A stretch of DNA of 64,000 nt from Coleofasciculus chthonoplastes F2-STO-03. GTDB lineage: Bacteria; Cyanobacteriota; Cyanobacteriia; Cyanobacteriales; Coleofasciculaceae. This document shows positions 1 through 10,479 of this stretch, piece after piece. The position numbers and the translations under genes are program-made. The stretch is from assembly GCA_040222015.1 (NCBI GenBank), contig JAVJWO010000047.1, positions 1 to 64,000 of the forward strand, written 5' to 3'. The notes beneath the pieces were generated by a model that searched no databases, was not told the origin of the DNA, and saw only the letters and a list, made by a program, of their open reading frames with translations. Position 1 is the first letter of the stretch. Every line of letters begins with the position of its first letter.

Positions 1-350
1 TTCTCGACGTTGGGTTTGGCATAGTCGGTGATTTATTAACCTACAAAGCTGCTGAAGCGGGCGGGTTCTATGTCGAGTCACCAACTAGAACGCTCAAGCC
101 AACTCAACGGTGTGCTAAATGTTGGGAATTAACGCCTAAGAGTTTAGCTGATAGAGTTCATGTTTGCTCTAATCCTGACTGTGGTCATACCGAAGACAGA
201 GATGTTAATGCCGCCCAAGTAAATGAGATTTGGGGAAGGGGTTTGGAACGAACCTCTTTAGACGTGGAGTCGCCTAGCTCTACTGATTGCTCCAAGCATG
301 AAGCAGCCATCGGCGAAGAAACGTCAGAAACGACGACTTCAACGAAGTAA
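1..350 (+). mobile_element. tnpB: 3' part of IS200/IS605-family TnpB (RNA-guided endonuclease), truncated by window edge
   Basis: Frame +3 reads LDVGFGIVGDLLTYKAAEAGG...PTQRCAKCW...HVCSNPDCGHTEDRDVNAAQ: zinc ribbon plus RuvC-III DRDxNAA motif; stop TAA at 348-350. Not in the supplied ORF track. Confidence 0.9.
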
Positions 351-365
351 GTCGTCGTAGTTCAT
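330..365 (+). mobile_element. IS200/IS605 right end: subterminal hairpin, likely omegaRNA 3' scaffold
   Basis: ACGACGACTT (330-339) pairs with AAGTCGTCGT (349-358), followed by AGTTCAT, directly at the tnpB stop. Confidence 0.7.
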
Positions 366-398
366 TATGTCCGACTTTCCAGGGTAGTAGCGGTAGTT

Positions 399-1841
399 AT
401 GAGTACCAGACGACACATTTCAAGAAAAGCTTCCTTGAACTCCATTTTTACTCCTCCTACCCATCCGTTGAAAACCCGTGGATTCGGTAACGGTATTCAA
501 GCCAGAAGTGCAGAGTTACCTCAAACCAATCTGTTGCAGACACGTCCGTTTGGTTCGCCGGCTGGGGTACAGCAACAACCGCAGCATACCCGCTCTGTTG
601 CCGAACAACTAGAGAAAGCCTCTCGTTTTGCCTACCACGGACTCGACATCCCAGTCAAGGCGTCAGGAACATCACCTCCACCCCCACCAAGTTCTCTAGT
701 TTTCAACCGCTTGCAGATGCTCAAAGCAGAAAGCGTGCAGCGTTCCTTAACATCAGAGGTGGATTCATTGAGAAGCCAAGGCGGTCAAATTAACCCCCAA
801 GACTTGCAAAATTTACTGAGTAAACTGCCTCAAATTGGTCAGAGTCGGGACGAGTTAGCTACGTTTGCGGCTAGTCGTGTTGGCAAAAATCCGAATCAAG
901 TTAACCTGAAAAACATTAAAGAACTCAAACAGGAAGGGGCGACGGGTGTTTCAGGTGCGCCTGTCTTTTTTCTGTTCGATGACCAAGGTCAGTCTATCGC
1001 CACAGTCAAGCTTTTTCCCAATCTTGATGAATTTGCCCGGGAATTATCCGCTTTGAAACGGTTTGAGCAGGAAGGGTTTGAAGTGATTAAATCTCCCCAG
1101 AATTTGGGTGTAGCACAGGCGGGAGAATTGGGCGTTTTGGTGAGTTCGGTTGCGCCCGGAGCGGCAATTGATGATTACTTACAACGGCTGGGAACTGCTA
1201 CTGGAGAGCATCGCAGCACAGAGATGGAACGGACAACGCAAGCGGTAACGGGTAATGCACGGGCATTGAGTGAACTGCATTCGGTGCGTGGGGGACAAGT
1301 ACCTCAAAGGTTTTTGGAGCGACATATTAATGCGGTAAGGGACATTGAAGGGAAACTTTCGACAATCGTGCGTGAGGGTAATTTGTTAAATTTAGATGAA
1401 TCCTGGCTTCACGAAAAAATTGATCAAGTCGTTAACGATGCGATCGCGAATCCTGGAGAAGCATCTTTAATTCACGGTGACGCGCATCCAGGGAATTTCT
1501 TTTGGGATCAGCCAAGTGAACAACTGACGGCGATTGATACACCTACAATGCACTACTCAATGGGGGAGGGGGGAGAACCACTTGGTGCGCCAGCACGAGA
1601 CTATGGCAATTTTTATCAGAAGTTGGCTCATTTTGGGGTTAATTATGGGGTGTCTTTAGCGGAAGTTGAGCAGTTACAGCAGGCTTTTGCTGATGAATAT
1701 CAGGGGGAAATGCCAGAAGCGGCGGTGAAATTTTTCCGGGTGCGTGCTGGGTTGGGTGAGTTGATGAAGGCGATCGCGACGGATGATCAACGAGTTATCT
1801 ATAACAATCTGCAACTTATCGTAAAACTACTTGAGGACTAA
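399..1841 (+). CDS. Protein with low-complexity N-terminus and C-terminal APH/protein-kinase-like phosphotransferase domain
   Basis: Brenner-type motif IHGDAHPGNF followed by AID; N-lobe GATGVSG...VKLF...RELSAL; N-terminal about 115 aa P/Q/S-rich with TRGF, QTRPF and VQR motifs. Confidence 0.75.
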   Translation: MSTRRHISRKASLNSIFTPPTHPLKTRGFGNGIQARSAELPQTNLLQTRPFGSPAGVQQQPQHTRSVAEQLEKASRFAYHGLDIPVKASGTSPPPPPSSLVFNRLQMLKAESVQRSLTSEVDSLRSQGGQINPQDLQNLLSKLPQIGQSRDELATFAASRVGKNPNQVNLKNIKELKQEGATGVSGAPVFFLFDDQGQSIATVKLFPNLDEFARELSALKRFEQEGFEVIKSPQNLGVAQAGELGVLVSSVAPGAAIDDYLQRLGTATGEHRSTEMERTTQAVTGNARALSELHSVRGGQVPQRFLERHINAVRDIEGKLSTIVREGNLLNLDESWLHEKIDQVVNDAIANPGEASLIHGDAHPGNFFWDQPSEQLTAIDTPTMHYSMGEGGEPLGAPARDYGNFYQKLAHFGVNYGVSLAEVEQLQQAFADEYQGEMPEAAVKFFRVRAGLGELMKAIATDDQRVIYNNLQLIVKLLED

Positions 1842-2881
1842 TGGATATTGCTTTTTCCGTACCTTTGCCGTTTCGTAAGGTCAAAAGTTTAGTAGCCAGT
1901 AATAATCGGGTTTTGGTATCCGATTCTAATCAGATGGTGGCGATTACGGCTGAGGGGCAAATGGTTTGGCATCTAAAATTTGAACGTCCAATCGGTAAAA
2001 TGGTGGTTGCGCCTTCTGGAGACATCGTTGGTATCTGTGATGGGGGAAAGCAGTTAACGGTGCGATCGCCTGATACAGGAGAGCTAAAATTGTCGATTCC
2101 CGTCAATAGCTGTGTGTATGCTATCCCGGCGGTCATAAAAAGCCACTTAATCTGCCACGGTTGGGATAATCAGTTAAATGTATTTTCTCAAACCGGTGAG
2201 CTTTGTTGGTCGGCTCCAACGGATAAAAATGCGATCTGGATGCAACCTGTTGTTGTTGAGGATTGGGTGTTTACCAGTAGTCAGGGTGTGATAGCTTATG
2301 CCCTTGATGATGGATCTAAGCTGGGGTTATGGAGTGAGTTATCCCCTGCAGAGGAAATTTTAACCATAAGGAGGGCTGACGCGAAAAGAATTGTGGTTGG
2401 CTACGGGATTGATCAGCTATTTATTCTTAACCAAGAGCATCATACTGTTTACCCTTGGATTCTGCCTTCTGGATACCGTATTTTTATGGACTCGTTGATG
2501 GTTTCTGAGTCTTTAGATCGTGAACTCACGCTAATTGCTACAGCCGGGGTGGATGGGAAAAAAGCGGTTGTTTCAGTAACGGAGTCAGGGAAGGTATTAT
2601 GGCAATACCCGATATCAAAAATTCCGGTGGCAATTTCTGTGGGAACCGCAGGACAAGTTTACATCGCCCAAAGTCCGACGCTGGATGAGTGGGATAAGTA
2701 CAAGGACTTTTGTGAGTTTTCTTGCTTTGTGTTGGGACTTTCAGCGACGGGTGAGGAGTTATGGAAGTGGGAAGCACCGGCGCCGATTACGTCTGGGTTG
2801 GCGGTGGCTGATGATCGGGTTTATGGGGTTTGTGATGGAAATTTGGTGCGTATTTCCTCAGTTGAAGAGTACATGGGTTAA
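1841..2881 (+). CDS. PQQ/BamB-like beta-propeller repeat protein
   Basis: Repeated GxxxW blades (GQMVW, GELCW, GKVLW, GEELW); TAATG overlap with the upstream stop. Confidence 0.75.
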   Translation: MDIAFSVPLPFRKVKSLVASNNRVLVSDSNQMVAITAEGQMVWHLKFERPIGKMVVAPSGDIVGICDGGKQLTVRSPDTGELKLSIPVNSCVYAIPAVIKSHLICHGWDNQLNVFSQTGELCWSAPTDKNAIWMQPVVVEDWVFTSSQGVIAYALDDGSKLGLWSELSPAEEILTIRRADAKRIVVGYGIDQLFILNQEHHTVYPWILPSGYRIFMDSLMVSESLDRELTLIATAGVDGKKAVVSVTESGKVLWQYPISKIPVAISVGTAGQVYIAQSPTLDEWDKYKDFCEFSCFVLGLSATGEELWKWEAPAPITSGLAVADDRVYGVCDGNLVRISSVEEYMG

Positions 2882-3000
2882 GGGTTTGTCGTCGTTTATA
2901 CTGAAGTTATTATCAGCTATGTGTTGATGGCGAAGATAGCGCAACAACAAGCGCTCAAGTTCCGGTGCGATCGCGTCCTACTCAGCCTCTCTCTTGGGGA

Positions 3001-3516
3001 TTATTTAGACGGATTGAGGGGCAATTTTTGCAGCATACCACATAAGAGACTCGACTGTTCACTGGTTAAAACAATCGTACCATCGGGTAGTATGGCTCCG
3101 CCTAAATCAGCACCACTCAAATCGGCACCACTCAAATCAGCACCACTTAAATCCGCGCCTCTCAAGTTTGCCCCTCGCAGGTTAGCACACCGTAAATTTG
3201 CCCAAAGCAAATCCGCTCGGCGTAAATTCGCCCCACATAAGTTGGCTCTAGTGAAGTTTGCCCGTGTCAACGTGGCTTTTTCTAAGACAATCCCCTCCAA
3301 GTTTGCCTGACTCAAGTCAATTCTTTGGAGATCTACGCCGTTTAACTCCAGGTTACTGAGGTTAAATCCCCGATAATCCCGTTCTCCCGCCCCATACTCC
3401 TCCAGCAGGCGCTCAGGTGCCATTCTTATTCGTTCTAGTTTCTTAAACAACTCTTGCTTTCTAGCTGACGCTGATGATTGGTTTGGGTTAAGGATATTTC
3501 GATCAGAGGATTGCAT
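3001..3516 (-). CDS. Pentapeptide repeat protein
   Basis: Runs of A(D/N)Lx[14 protein letters not shown] lead-in typical of cyanobacterial members. Confidence 0.9.
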   Translation of the reverse strand: MQSSDRNILNPNQSSASARKQELFKKLERIRMAPERLLEEYGAGERDYRGFNLSNLELNGVDLQRIDLSQANLEGIVLEKATLTRANFTRANLCGANLRRADLLWANLRCANLRGANLRGADLSGADLSGADLSGADLGGAILPDGTIVLTSEQSSLLCGMLQKLPLNPSK

Positions 3517-3969
3517 AGCCGTTTTTACCTGATAAATTCAATATAGTTAATCTTCAGGTATTTGGCTGAAGGATTAATTGAGACAAGCCCTAATGTCCGG
3601 TGAATTTAATCTGATGAAGAGGTAACTCAACCCACCATCCGGCGTGACTATAATGAGTTCTCCTTTGTGATCTACGTCTCTATTTTACTGCTATCGTAGC
3701 AAAAGCCAGAAGACTCCAAGGCAGAGGGGAGAAGGTTTATGACTTAGGGAACAGGGAAGGAGTCAAAAGGAATAGGAAAACTTGTCGTGCCATCGTCTAG
3801 CTTTTTATCTTGCAGTTGTATTCGGCAGGTAGGGCTTGCTGCATTAAGTCGGTTGGTGGAAATCAACTCAACCCTCTTAAGTTAAATGTTACTGACTTTA
3901 GAGTTTGTAGTCAGCGCTTCAGCGCTTATGGCACGCTTCGTGCCTACTACGAACCCAAATGACGGACGA

Positions 3970-5286
3970 TCAGCAAAAACGCTGATAAACAGTAACTAAC
4001 CCATCCGCATCTCCGACATTGCCGGGAAACAGTACCACAGGCAAATCCGGAAACTGAGGATGATCCGATGGAGTTCGCACTACAGAACAGCCAGGAATAA
4101 TTTGACCCAGTAACCGGGCAGATCTTAAGTCTAATCCTGTACTTAAAACATCATTTGAGGTAATCCCGCCCTTACTAATTAAAAAGCCAATATCTTTAGG
4201 TAACTCTCGGACAATATCCATTAATAAGGCTGAAACTGCTGCGCCAAAGTTTAACCGAGTTTGCACGTCTTTAAAGACCAATTCCTCACGACTGGTATAA
4301 ATGACGGCTGTTTTATTCGAGTTGTAAATCTCGTCAACGGTGGCGACAACTTTGGCTAACAGTGAATCCCGTTGGGATGCTGACTCTTCAAGTAAATGAC
4401 TAACATCCACCTCAACGCCGACAATATCGGAGAGTTTCAGGAGTTGTTCAAGCTGTTGGGTGGTCTTTTTAACATGAGAACCCACCAACACAACGCCCGG
4501 TTTCCCTTCTCTGACATACTGTGCCATATTCTCTGGCGGGACGGGTTGAGCGCCCAGACTCGCCAGAGAGGTTAAAATACTGGCAGCCGAGCGAAATAGG
4601 AAACGTTTCCCTTGGGCGGCGGCGGTGAGGACATCAGCCGCAAATTGGTCTAAATCGGCTTGAGTTTCCCCATCAACCACACCACATTGATTCCCACTCA
4701 AACTCAGGAGGCGTTCTAAACTTCCTGAACGAATATCGGAGAGGACAAATCGCTCAACGTTTTCGGCTTTAATCCTTCCGTTGGTTTTTTCTTCCACGTA
4801 ATCAGGTAAATAGCTGTGGCGATAACCAAATACCGAATCACGGGCAAATTCAGTTTCATGGACGGGTGTAGGGACACCATCCACCATTAGATAATGAACA
4901 CTATCGCGGGTGACTCGTCCGCCTTCAAAAAAAGCAGGGACTAAGAAATGAGCATCGAATGGTCCCACTTCTTGGGCAATCACATCGGTTTCCACGGGAT
5001 AATGTCCGCGTAGGGTGGAATCAGAGCGACTGACGACGAGAAAATCGTCGATTCCTTCAGTTTCTATGGCAATTTTCAGATTATGGCAAACTTCACAGGT
5101 GACTTTGGCAGCTTCCTCTGGCGTCAACGCCCGTGTATTCGTCAGGACAAAGAAAATCGGCGAAGCATCGGCTAGTCCTAACCGTAGTGTTTGCACATCC
5201 CAGCGCGTCAGCAGCAAGCAACTGTGAACGGTTTGGGAACCGGTGGGGTCATCATCCAAAACGATAATTTTGGGTTTGCTGGTCAT
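3970..5286 (-). CDS. Four-carbon acid sugar kinase family protein (YgbK/DUF1537)
   Basis: VLDDDPTGSQTVH, SRSDSTLRGH, SKGGITS, FPGNVG motifs; likely start ATG 5286 (MTSKPKI). Confidence 0.88.
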   Translation of the reverse strand: MTSKPKIIVLDDDPTGSQTVHSCLLLTRWDVQTLRLGLADASPIFFVLTNTRALTPEEAAKVTCEVCHNLKIAIETEGIDDFLVVSRSDSTLRGHYPVETDVIAQEVGPFDAHFLVPAFFEGGRVTRDSVHYLMVDGVPTPVHETEFARDSVFGYRHSYLPDYVEEKTNGRIKAENVERFVLSDIRSGSLERLLSLSGNQCGVVDGETQADLDQFAADVLTAAAQGKRFLFRSAASILTSLASLGAQPVPPENMAQYVREGKPGVVLVGSHVKKTTQQLEQLLKLSDIVGVEVDVSHLLEESASQRDSLLAKVVATVDEIYNSNKTAVIYTSREELVFKDVQTRLNFGAAVSALLMDIVRELPKDIGFLISKGGITSNDVLSTGLDLRSARLLGQIIPGCSVVRTPSDHPQFPDLPVVLFPGNVGDADGLVTVYQRFC

Positions 5287-5413
5287 GCTCTTTGGTGTCC
5301 TGCGATCGGCAAGGGTCAATTTATCCCTGCAATTCAGGGTATCAGGATCTTGGCGAGAAAGCACGAAGCAATGTAGAGACGTGCCATGGCACGTCTGGGA
5401 GATGGAAGAGCCC

Positions 5414-8400
5414 CTACTTTCCCATCAGCCAATAGGTTGTCATTTCCCCTCTACCTTTAACCGCGATCGCACCTCGTTCCTGAAACTGGAATTTGTCCTG
5501 TAATCTCTGGTATGTCGTCTCTGTGACTTGTATTTTTCCCGGTTCTCCCGAGGATTCCATCCGCGAGGCGACATTCACCGCATCTCCCCACAAGTCATAG
5601 ATAAACTTTCTAATCCCAATCACCCCCGCCACCACCGATCCGGTATTAATTCCAATGCGAATTTGCAATGACTCACTGTGTTCGGCTTGAAACTGAGTAA
5701 TCGCCTGCTGCATATCCAACGCCATCTGCGCGATCGCTTCTGCATGATCTCCCCTCGGCTGTGGTAATCCCCCAACCACCATATACGCATCACCAATGGT
5801 TTTAATTTTCTCCAAACCATGACGTTCTGCCAACTGATCAAACGTGGAAAACATCTGATTGAGTAAATTCACTAATTCAATCGGTTTTAACCGCGCCGAT
5901 AGCGGCGTAAACCCGACAATATCCGCAAACAGAATCGTTACATCATCAAAATTCTCCGCAATCGCCGATTGGTCTTGTTTCAGCCGTTCCGCAATCAGTT
6001 CGGGCAAAATATTCAATAATAATTGTTCCGACTTTTCTTGTTCTAACCGCAATGCCACCTCTGCCTGTTTGCGATCGGTAATATCACGCGCCACCCAAAT
6101 CAACGAATCATCGGAAAGCGGTGACAAATTAGCCGCAAACCAAATATCCTCTCCTGCCAGATTGATGCAATACTCGATATTCACCGTAGCTTGAGTTAAC
6201 AAAGCCTCTCGAATACTATTGAGAATAAAATCCACCTGACTGGAATCGAAATATTCCAACAGCGTTGTTCCCAATATGTTCCCCGGAGATTTACACCATT
6301 TTCCTTTATTAGTAGGTGCTACCTTCAGACAACGACCCGACGCATCCACCACCAGAACCATATCTGTCATCGCGGCAAAGAGTGCCTTCATTTCCGCCTC
6401 TGCTTTCTTCTGCTGCATGACTGGACCCAACTGTGCCGATACGACAGACACTAACTCAATCCAATTTTCATCATTTTGGTGCTCTTCTGCCATGAAAAAT
6501 AGCAACACCGCTAAAACTGGCGCCGAGGTTTGTGGTGTTGCTGGGGCAACAATGGGAACAGCAAAGGCTGATTTTAACCCACAGTCGGTTGCTAATTTGA
6601 GTCGCAAGAAAACATCATCGGATTCGGTGGCAATATCACTAATCCATTCTGGTTCACCGTGACACCAAACCCGTCCCGGTATTTCTTCTTCGGGTAAAAA
6701 TGTCAGGGCTTCACTATACTCTCGGAATTGTTCCAGGGCGGTGGCGACATCGGGATCAAGTTCGGTCTGTTTGTAATACCAACGATGGCTACATTCTAAT
6801 GCCATGCCATCCGTCGCCGGAATCCAGACTTCGCCATAAATCCAACCCGTAGTTTGACATACTTGATGCAGGGCAATTTCTAAGGCGGCTTGAAAATCAG
6901 GGGCGGCATTAATCGCTTGGCTAATCGTTAGCAGTAACTCAACTCGTTGTTCAGCCTGTTTGCGTTCGGTGATATCATTAATTACCGCCAGTATGCATTC
7001 TTCTTCCCCAATTGTAATCAATTCTGCGGATAACAATCCCGTTCTCACTTGACCCGATTTGGTATAAAACTGAAACTCTTTATCTCGAATAGCGCCTGTC
7101 TTTATTAATAGGCTACGGATTCGGGTTCGTTCTTGGGATTCAACCCAAAAATTTAGTTCAATGGATGTATGAGCAATCACATCTTCTAGGTTATATCCGG
7201 TAATCTTGAGAAAGCTTTCATTGACCTCAATAAAGGTTCCCTCAGCCAGAGTGGTAATCGTAATTGGGTTCGGGGATGAGCGAAAAGCCAGAGCAAATTT
7301 TTCTTCAGACAGGCGTAAGGCGGCGGTGCGTTGCTCAACTCGTGACTCTAACTCGGCTTGATTTTTTTCTAGGGCGGTAAAGAAGGAGTATAATTGTTGA
7401 CTCATTTGATTAAAGGATTGAGCTAAAATTTCGAGTTCATGCACCCGAACCGGAATTTTGCTATTGACTTTTACCTGTTGGTCAAATTTTCCCTGGGCAA
7501 TTTTTGCCGCCGCTATGCTTAACTGGGTAATCGGCTGGGTAATCCGTCTGGCGGTGAAGATTCCTAACCCAGTTGCCACAACAAACGCCGCGAAGCATAA
7601 GCTAATTGTGGTGCGGGTATGGTCATGGATTTGTGCCATGAAATCCGCTTCCGGTATCGCCACCACAATCAGCCAATCTAAGCCGTGATTATCCTGGAAA
7701 GGGGTGACTTGTAAATAATAGCGATCGCGGTTTAGATTAAAGGATAGCTGTTGGCTTTGATTAATCTGGTTTAAGGCATCAACGTTTTGGTTTAAATACT
7801 GCGCCGTTAATTGAATTAAGGGATCACGGCTATGAGTAGCAAATAGGCGTTGGGTTTTATCGCCATCCTGAATAAATCGCTGTTCTGATGTGGAACTAGC
7901 AACCAGTAACCCGGATCGTTCAATAATAAACGCTTGTCCTGTTTGCCCAATTCTTAAGGTGTTGAGGAATTTACTAATTTCAGATAGTAAAATATCAGTA
8001 CCAACCACGCCTAATAATTTATCCTTGTCGCCAAATACGGGTTCAGCTAGGGTAATCCCTAACCGAGAATGGCTAAACATGACATAAATAGGACTCCAAA
8101 CTGTTTTACCTTGAACAGCCGCCTCTTGATACCAGGGGCGGAGGCGAGGGTCATAATTAGGGCGACTATCTAACAGTTGCTTCCGATTTCCTTGGCTGTC
8201 GGTTGTGTAGGTATGAAAGTTATAGTTGGTTGATTTATCGGCAACTTTCAGCACTAAGCGGCTATCCTGGGTATAGCCTGCCCCAATATACTCTCCTTGC
8301 TCGCTGCCGAACTGAATGGTATTAATAGAGTGGGTAATCTGTACGAGTTGCCACAGATAGCGCTCACTGGGCTGATCCTGAGGGAGTACCTGACGCCGAC

Positions 8401-8671
8401 GCACGGCATTGACGAGAACATGGTTGACCAGATGAGGTGTTTCCAGGTAACTATCGACATGTTGTACGATGCGATCGCTAACCTCCGTCTGTAACTGCGT
8501 AACCAGATTGTCAACCGCCTGCTGTCCATTGCGAAAGGAGAGATATCCAGTCAACCCTACCGCCGCAAAGATCTGGAGCAGAAAGGGAACCACCAGAACC
8601 ACGCGCAATGGCATCTTTTGACTGCATTTAGCGCCTTTGACAAGCTGACGGGTAAAGGTTGGCAGTAACAT
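5414..8671 (-). CDS. Membrane-bound class III adenylate/guanylate cyclase (Cache-HAMP-PAS-GAF-PAS-cyclase)
   Basis: Two TM helices flank a YDPRLRPWY Cache domain; C-terminal ILFADIVGFT, KIKTIGDAYM, YDLWGDAVNVASRMES; K/D residues suggest ATP specificity. Confidence 0.93.
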   Translation of the reverse strand: MLLPTFTRQLVKGAKCSQKMPLRVVLVVPFLLQIFAAVGLTGYLSFRNGQQAVDNLVTQLQTEVSDRIVQHVDSYLETPHLVNHVLVNAVRRRQVLPQDQPSERYLWQLVQITHSINTIQFGSEQGEYIGAGYTQDSRLVLKVADKSTNYNFHTYTTDSQGNRKQLLDSRPNYDPRLRPWYQEAAVQGKTVWSPIYVMFSHSRLGITLAEPVFGDKDKLLGVVGTDILLSEISKFLNTLRIGQTGQAFIIERSGLLVASSTSEQRFIQDGDKTQRLFATHSRDPLIQLTAQYLNQNVDALNQINQSQQLSFNLNRDRYYLQVTPFQDNHGLDWLIVVAIPEADFMAQIHDHTRTTISLCFAAFVVATGLGIFTARRITQPITQLSIAAAKIAQGKFDQQVKVNSKIPVRVHELEILAQSFNQMSQQLYSFFTALEKNQAELESRVEQRTAALRLSEEKFALAFRSSPNPITITTLAEGTFIEVNESFLKITGYNLEDVIAHTSIELNFWVESQERTRIRSLLIKTGAIRDKEFQFYTKSGQVRTGLLSAELITIGEEECILAVINDITERKQAEQRVELLLTISQAINAAPDFQAALEIALHQVCQTTGWIYGEVWIPATDGMALECSHRWYYKQTELDPDVATALEQFREYSEALTFLPEEEIPGRVWCHGEPEWISDIATESDDVFLRLKLATDCGLKSAFAVPIVAPATPQTSAPVLAVLLFFMAEEHQNDENWIELVSVVSAQLGPVMQQKKAEAEMKALFAAMTDMVLVVDASGRCLKVAPTNKGKWCKSPGNILGTTLLEYFDSSQVDFILNSIREALLTQATVNIEYCINLAGEDIWFAANLSPLSDDSLIWVARDITDRKQAEVALRLEQEKSEQLLLNILPELIAERLKQDQSAIAENFDDVTILFADIVGFTPLSARLKPIELVNLLNQMFSTFDQLAERHGLEKIKTIGDAYMVVGGLPQPRGDHAEAIAQMALDMQQAITQFQAEHSESLQIRIGINTGSVVAGVIGIRKFIYDLWGDAVNVASRMESSGEPGKIQVTETTYQRLQDKFQFQERGAIAVKGRGEMTTYWLMGK

Positions 8672-9090
8672 GGGGCAAGGCTCACCTACATGGATAACAC
8701 GCTTATTGACTCGTCGATTTGATTAATCAGGTTTTCTGGCGTTGCATCATCAAAGCGAAAAGCTACTTCCTTTTTTACCAAAAACTTAAGTATCCCTAAA
8801 GTGGATAAATCTCTGTCTTCCTAGACAAATGCCAAGTCGGGACTCCTGGATTGATTTTTCCTAAGGAATCCCATAGTATCTCTAATGGGTTGGGATGAAA
8901 ATAATTCTTCCTGTAAAAAAAATACAGGACTCATAGACCAATTTCCGCACAATTCTGGGAAAATGACACAATTTACCCATACGGTCTAATACAGTTGCCA
9001 TGAAAAAGCCCTGTTTTACAATTCTTCGGCTGTATTATATTGAGGTAAGAATAAAGAATAGTTGTTACCCTAAAAGTTAGGATTTTCCTA

Positions 9091-9235
9091 AGCTGTTCGG
9101 CATTTAGACTGGGATACCTCAATCCCAAAGAAGGCAACAGGCAACACCTCGACTTACCTCGACTTCGCTCGGTAACACGCTCGGTGTGTCACAGGCAACA
9201 GGGAATACACTACACAATTTAAATGTGTCTTAGCT
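9091..9235. mobile_element. MITE with AGCTG..CATTTAAA-type terminal inverted repeats, flanked by TA
   Basis: TA|AGCTGTTCGGCATTTAGA ... TTTAAATGTGTCTTAGCT|TA; left end shared with the element at 60210-60333. Confidence 0.7.
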
Positions 9236-9287
9236 TATCTTCCCCAGCTTCCAGACGTGCCATGGCACGTCTCTACATTGCTTCCCC

Positions 9288-10424
9288 TCACGTTTGTGCG
9301 GGTAAATAAACTGTAAATAAACTACCTTTGCCCAACTCACTCTCGACTTCAATCCTACCCTGATGAGCTTCTACAATCCGACGAGACAAGTATAATCCCA
9401 AACCACTCCCCGATCGCTTATGCTTTCCTTGGCGAAATCGCTTGAAAAGAGTGGCAAGATCTTCTGGACAAATACCTGATCCCGTATCTTGAATGGAAAT
9501 TGCCACCAAAGGGGGTTGACCATCTGCTGAGTTTGTGTAGTCAGATTCTAAACCTAAATTAACATCGACCGATCCTTGTTCCGTAAACTTGACCGCATTG
9601 CCGATGAGATTAGTGAATACGCGGCGGAGTTCGAGCCGATCGCCCATCACCAGACAATCGTCTGAATTAGATGAATTAGCGCACTCTCCTACATTCAGCG
9701 TTAACGCTAATTCTTTTTCTTGGGCTAAAGGAGTTAATTCCTGAACGACTTCCTCAACCATTTCCTGAGGATTTATCGAAACAAACGTTAACTCTTTAGA
9801 CCCAGCATCGTGGCGATAGACTTCCAACACCGTATTCACCATCTGGACTAAATGTTGGTTGCTTTGTTGGATAGAAACGACGGCTTCCACGCCTGAATCA
9901 GGAAGCTGTCCAAAGCTTCCCTTTTTCAATAAACTCAGCATTCGATCAGCTGCGACTAAGGGGGTTCGCAAATCGTGGGTGAGACGAGAGACGAAATCCT
10001 CTCGCTGACGCGCCAGTCGCACTTGTTCATCAATACTATGCTTAAGTCGCAGTAGCGATCGCACTCGCGCTAATAACTCACCGACATCCACGGGTTTGCG
10101 AAGAAAATCATCCGCTCCCGCATCGAGTCCTTCAATCGCACTCGACTGTTCATACGCGGTGATCAGCAAAATTGGGATAAAGGGCAAACTGCTATTTTGA
10201 CGAATCCGCCGAGTCACCTCATAACCATCCATTTGTGGCATCATTACATCCAGCAAAATTAAATCAGGAGGTGATTTTTCAACTATTGCTAATGCCGAAT
10301 ATCCATCTTCAACTAAACTGAGTTCATATCCTTCAGTTTCTAAGATGGTTTGCATTAGGAATAAATTGTCTGGCGCATCATCAACTGCTAGAATTCTCTC
10401 TATCTTTGGCTCAGGTAGATTCAT
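9288..10424 (-). CDS. Hybrid response regulator / sensor histidine kinase (REC-HisKA-HATPase)
   Basis: ILAVDD, LLDVMMP, THDLRTPL, NLIGNAVKFT, GSGLGL. Confidence 0.93.
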   Translation of the reverse strand: MNLPEPKIERILAVDDAPDNLFLMQTILETEGYELSLVEDGYSALAIVEKSPPDLILLDVMMPQMDGYEVTRRIRQNSSLPFIPILLITAYEQSSAIEGLDAGADDFLRKPVDVGELLARVRSLLRLKHSIDEQVRLARQREDFVSRLTHDLRTPLVAADRMLSLLKKGSFGQLPDSGVEAVVSIQQSNQHLVQMVNTVLEVYRHDAGSKELTFVSINPQEMVEEVVQELTPLAQEKELALTLNVGECANSSNSDDCLVMGDRLELRRVFTNLIGNAVKFTEQGSVDVNLGLESDYTNSADGQPPLVAISIQDTGSGICPEDLATLFKRFRQGKHKRSGSGLGLYLSRRIVEAHQGRIEVESELGKGSLFTVYLPAQT

Positions 10425-10479
10425 TTTTCATCTAGTTATACTTGAAAAGCATCATAGCTCACAAACGTTTTAAAAAAAT

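Noticed and set aside
2921..3310. Repetitive antisense ORFs (also 34563-35090, 37426-38133, 38565-39254)
   Set aside because: Shadow frames opposite pentapeptide-repeat genes and infB.
5287..5364. N-terminal extension of the sugar kinase ORF
   Set aside because: Family similarity starts at MTSKPKIIVLDDD; the extension has no recognisable family match.
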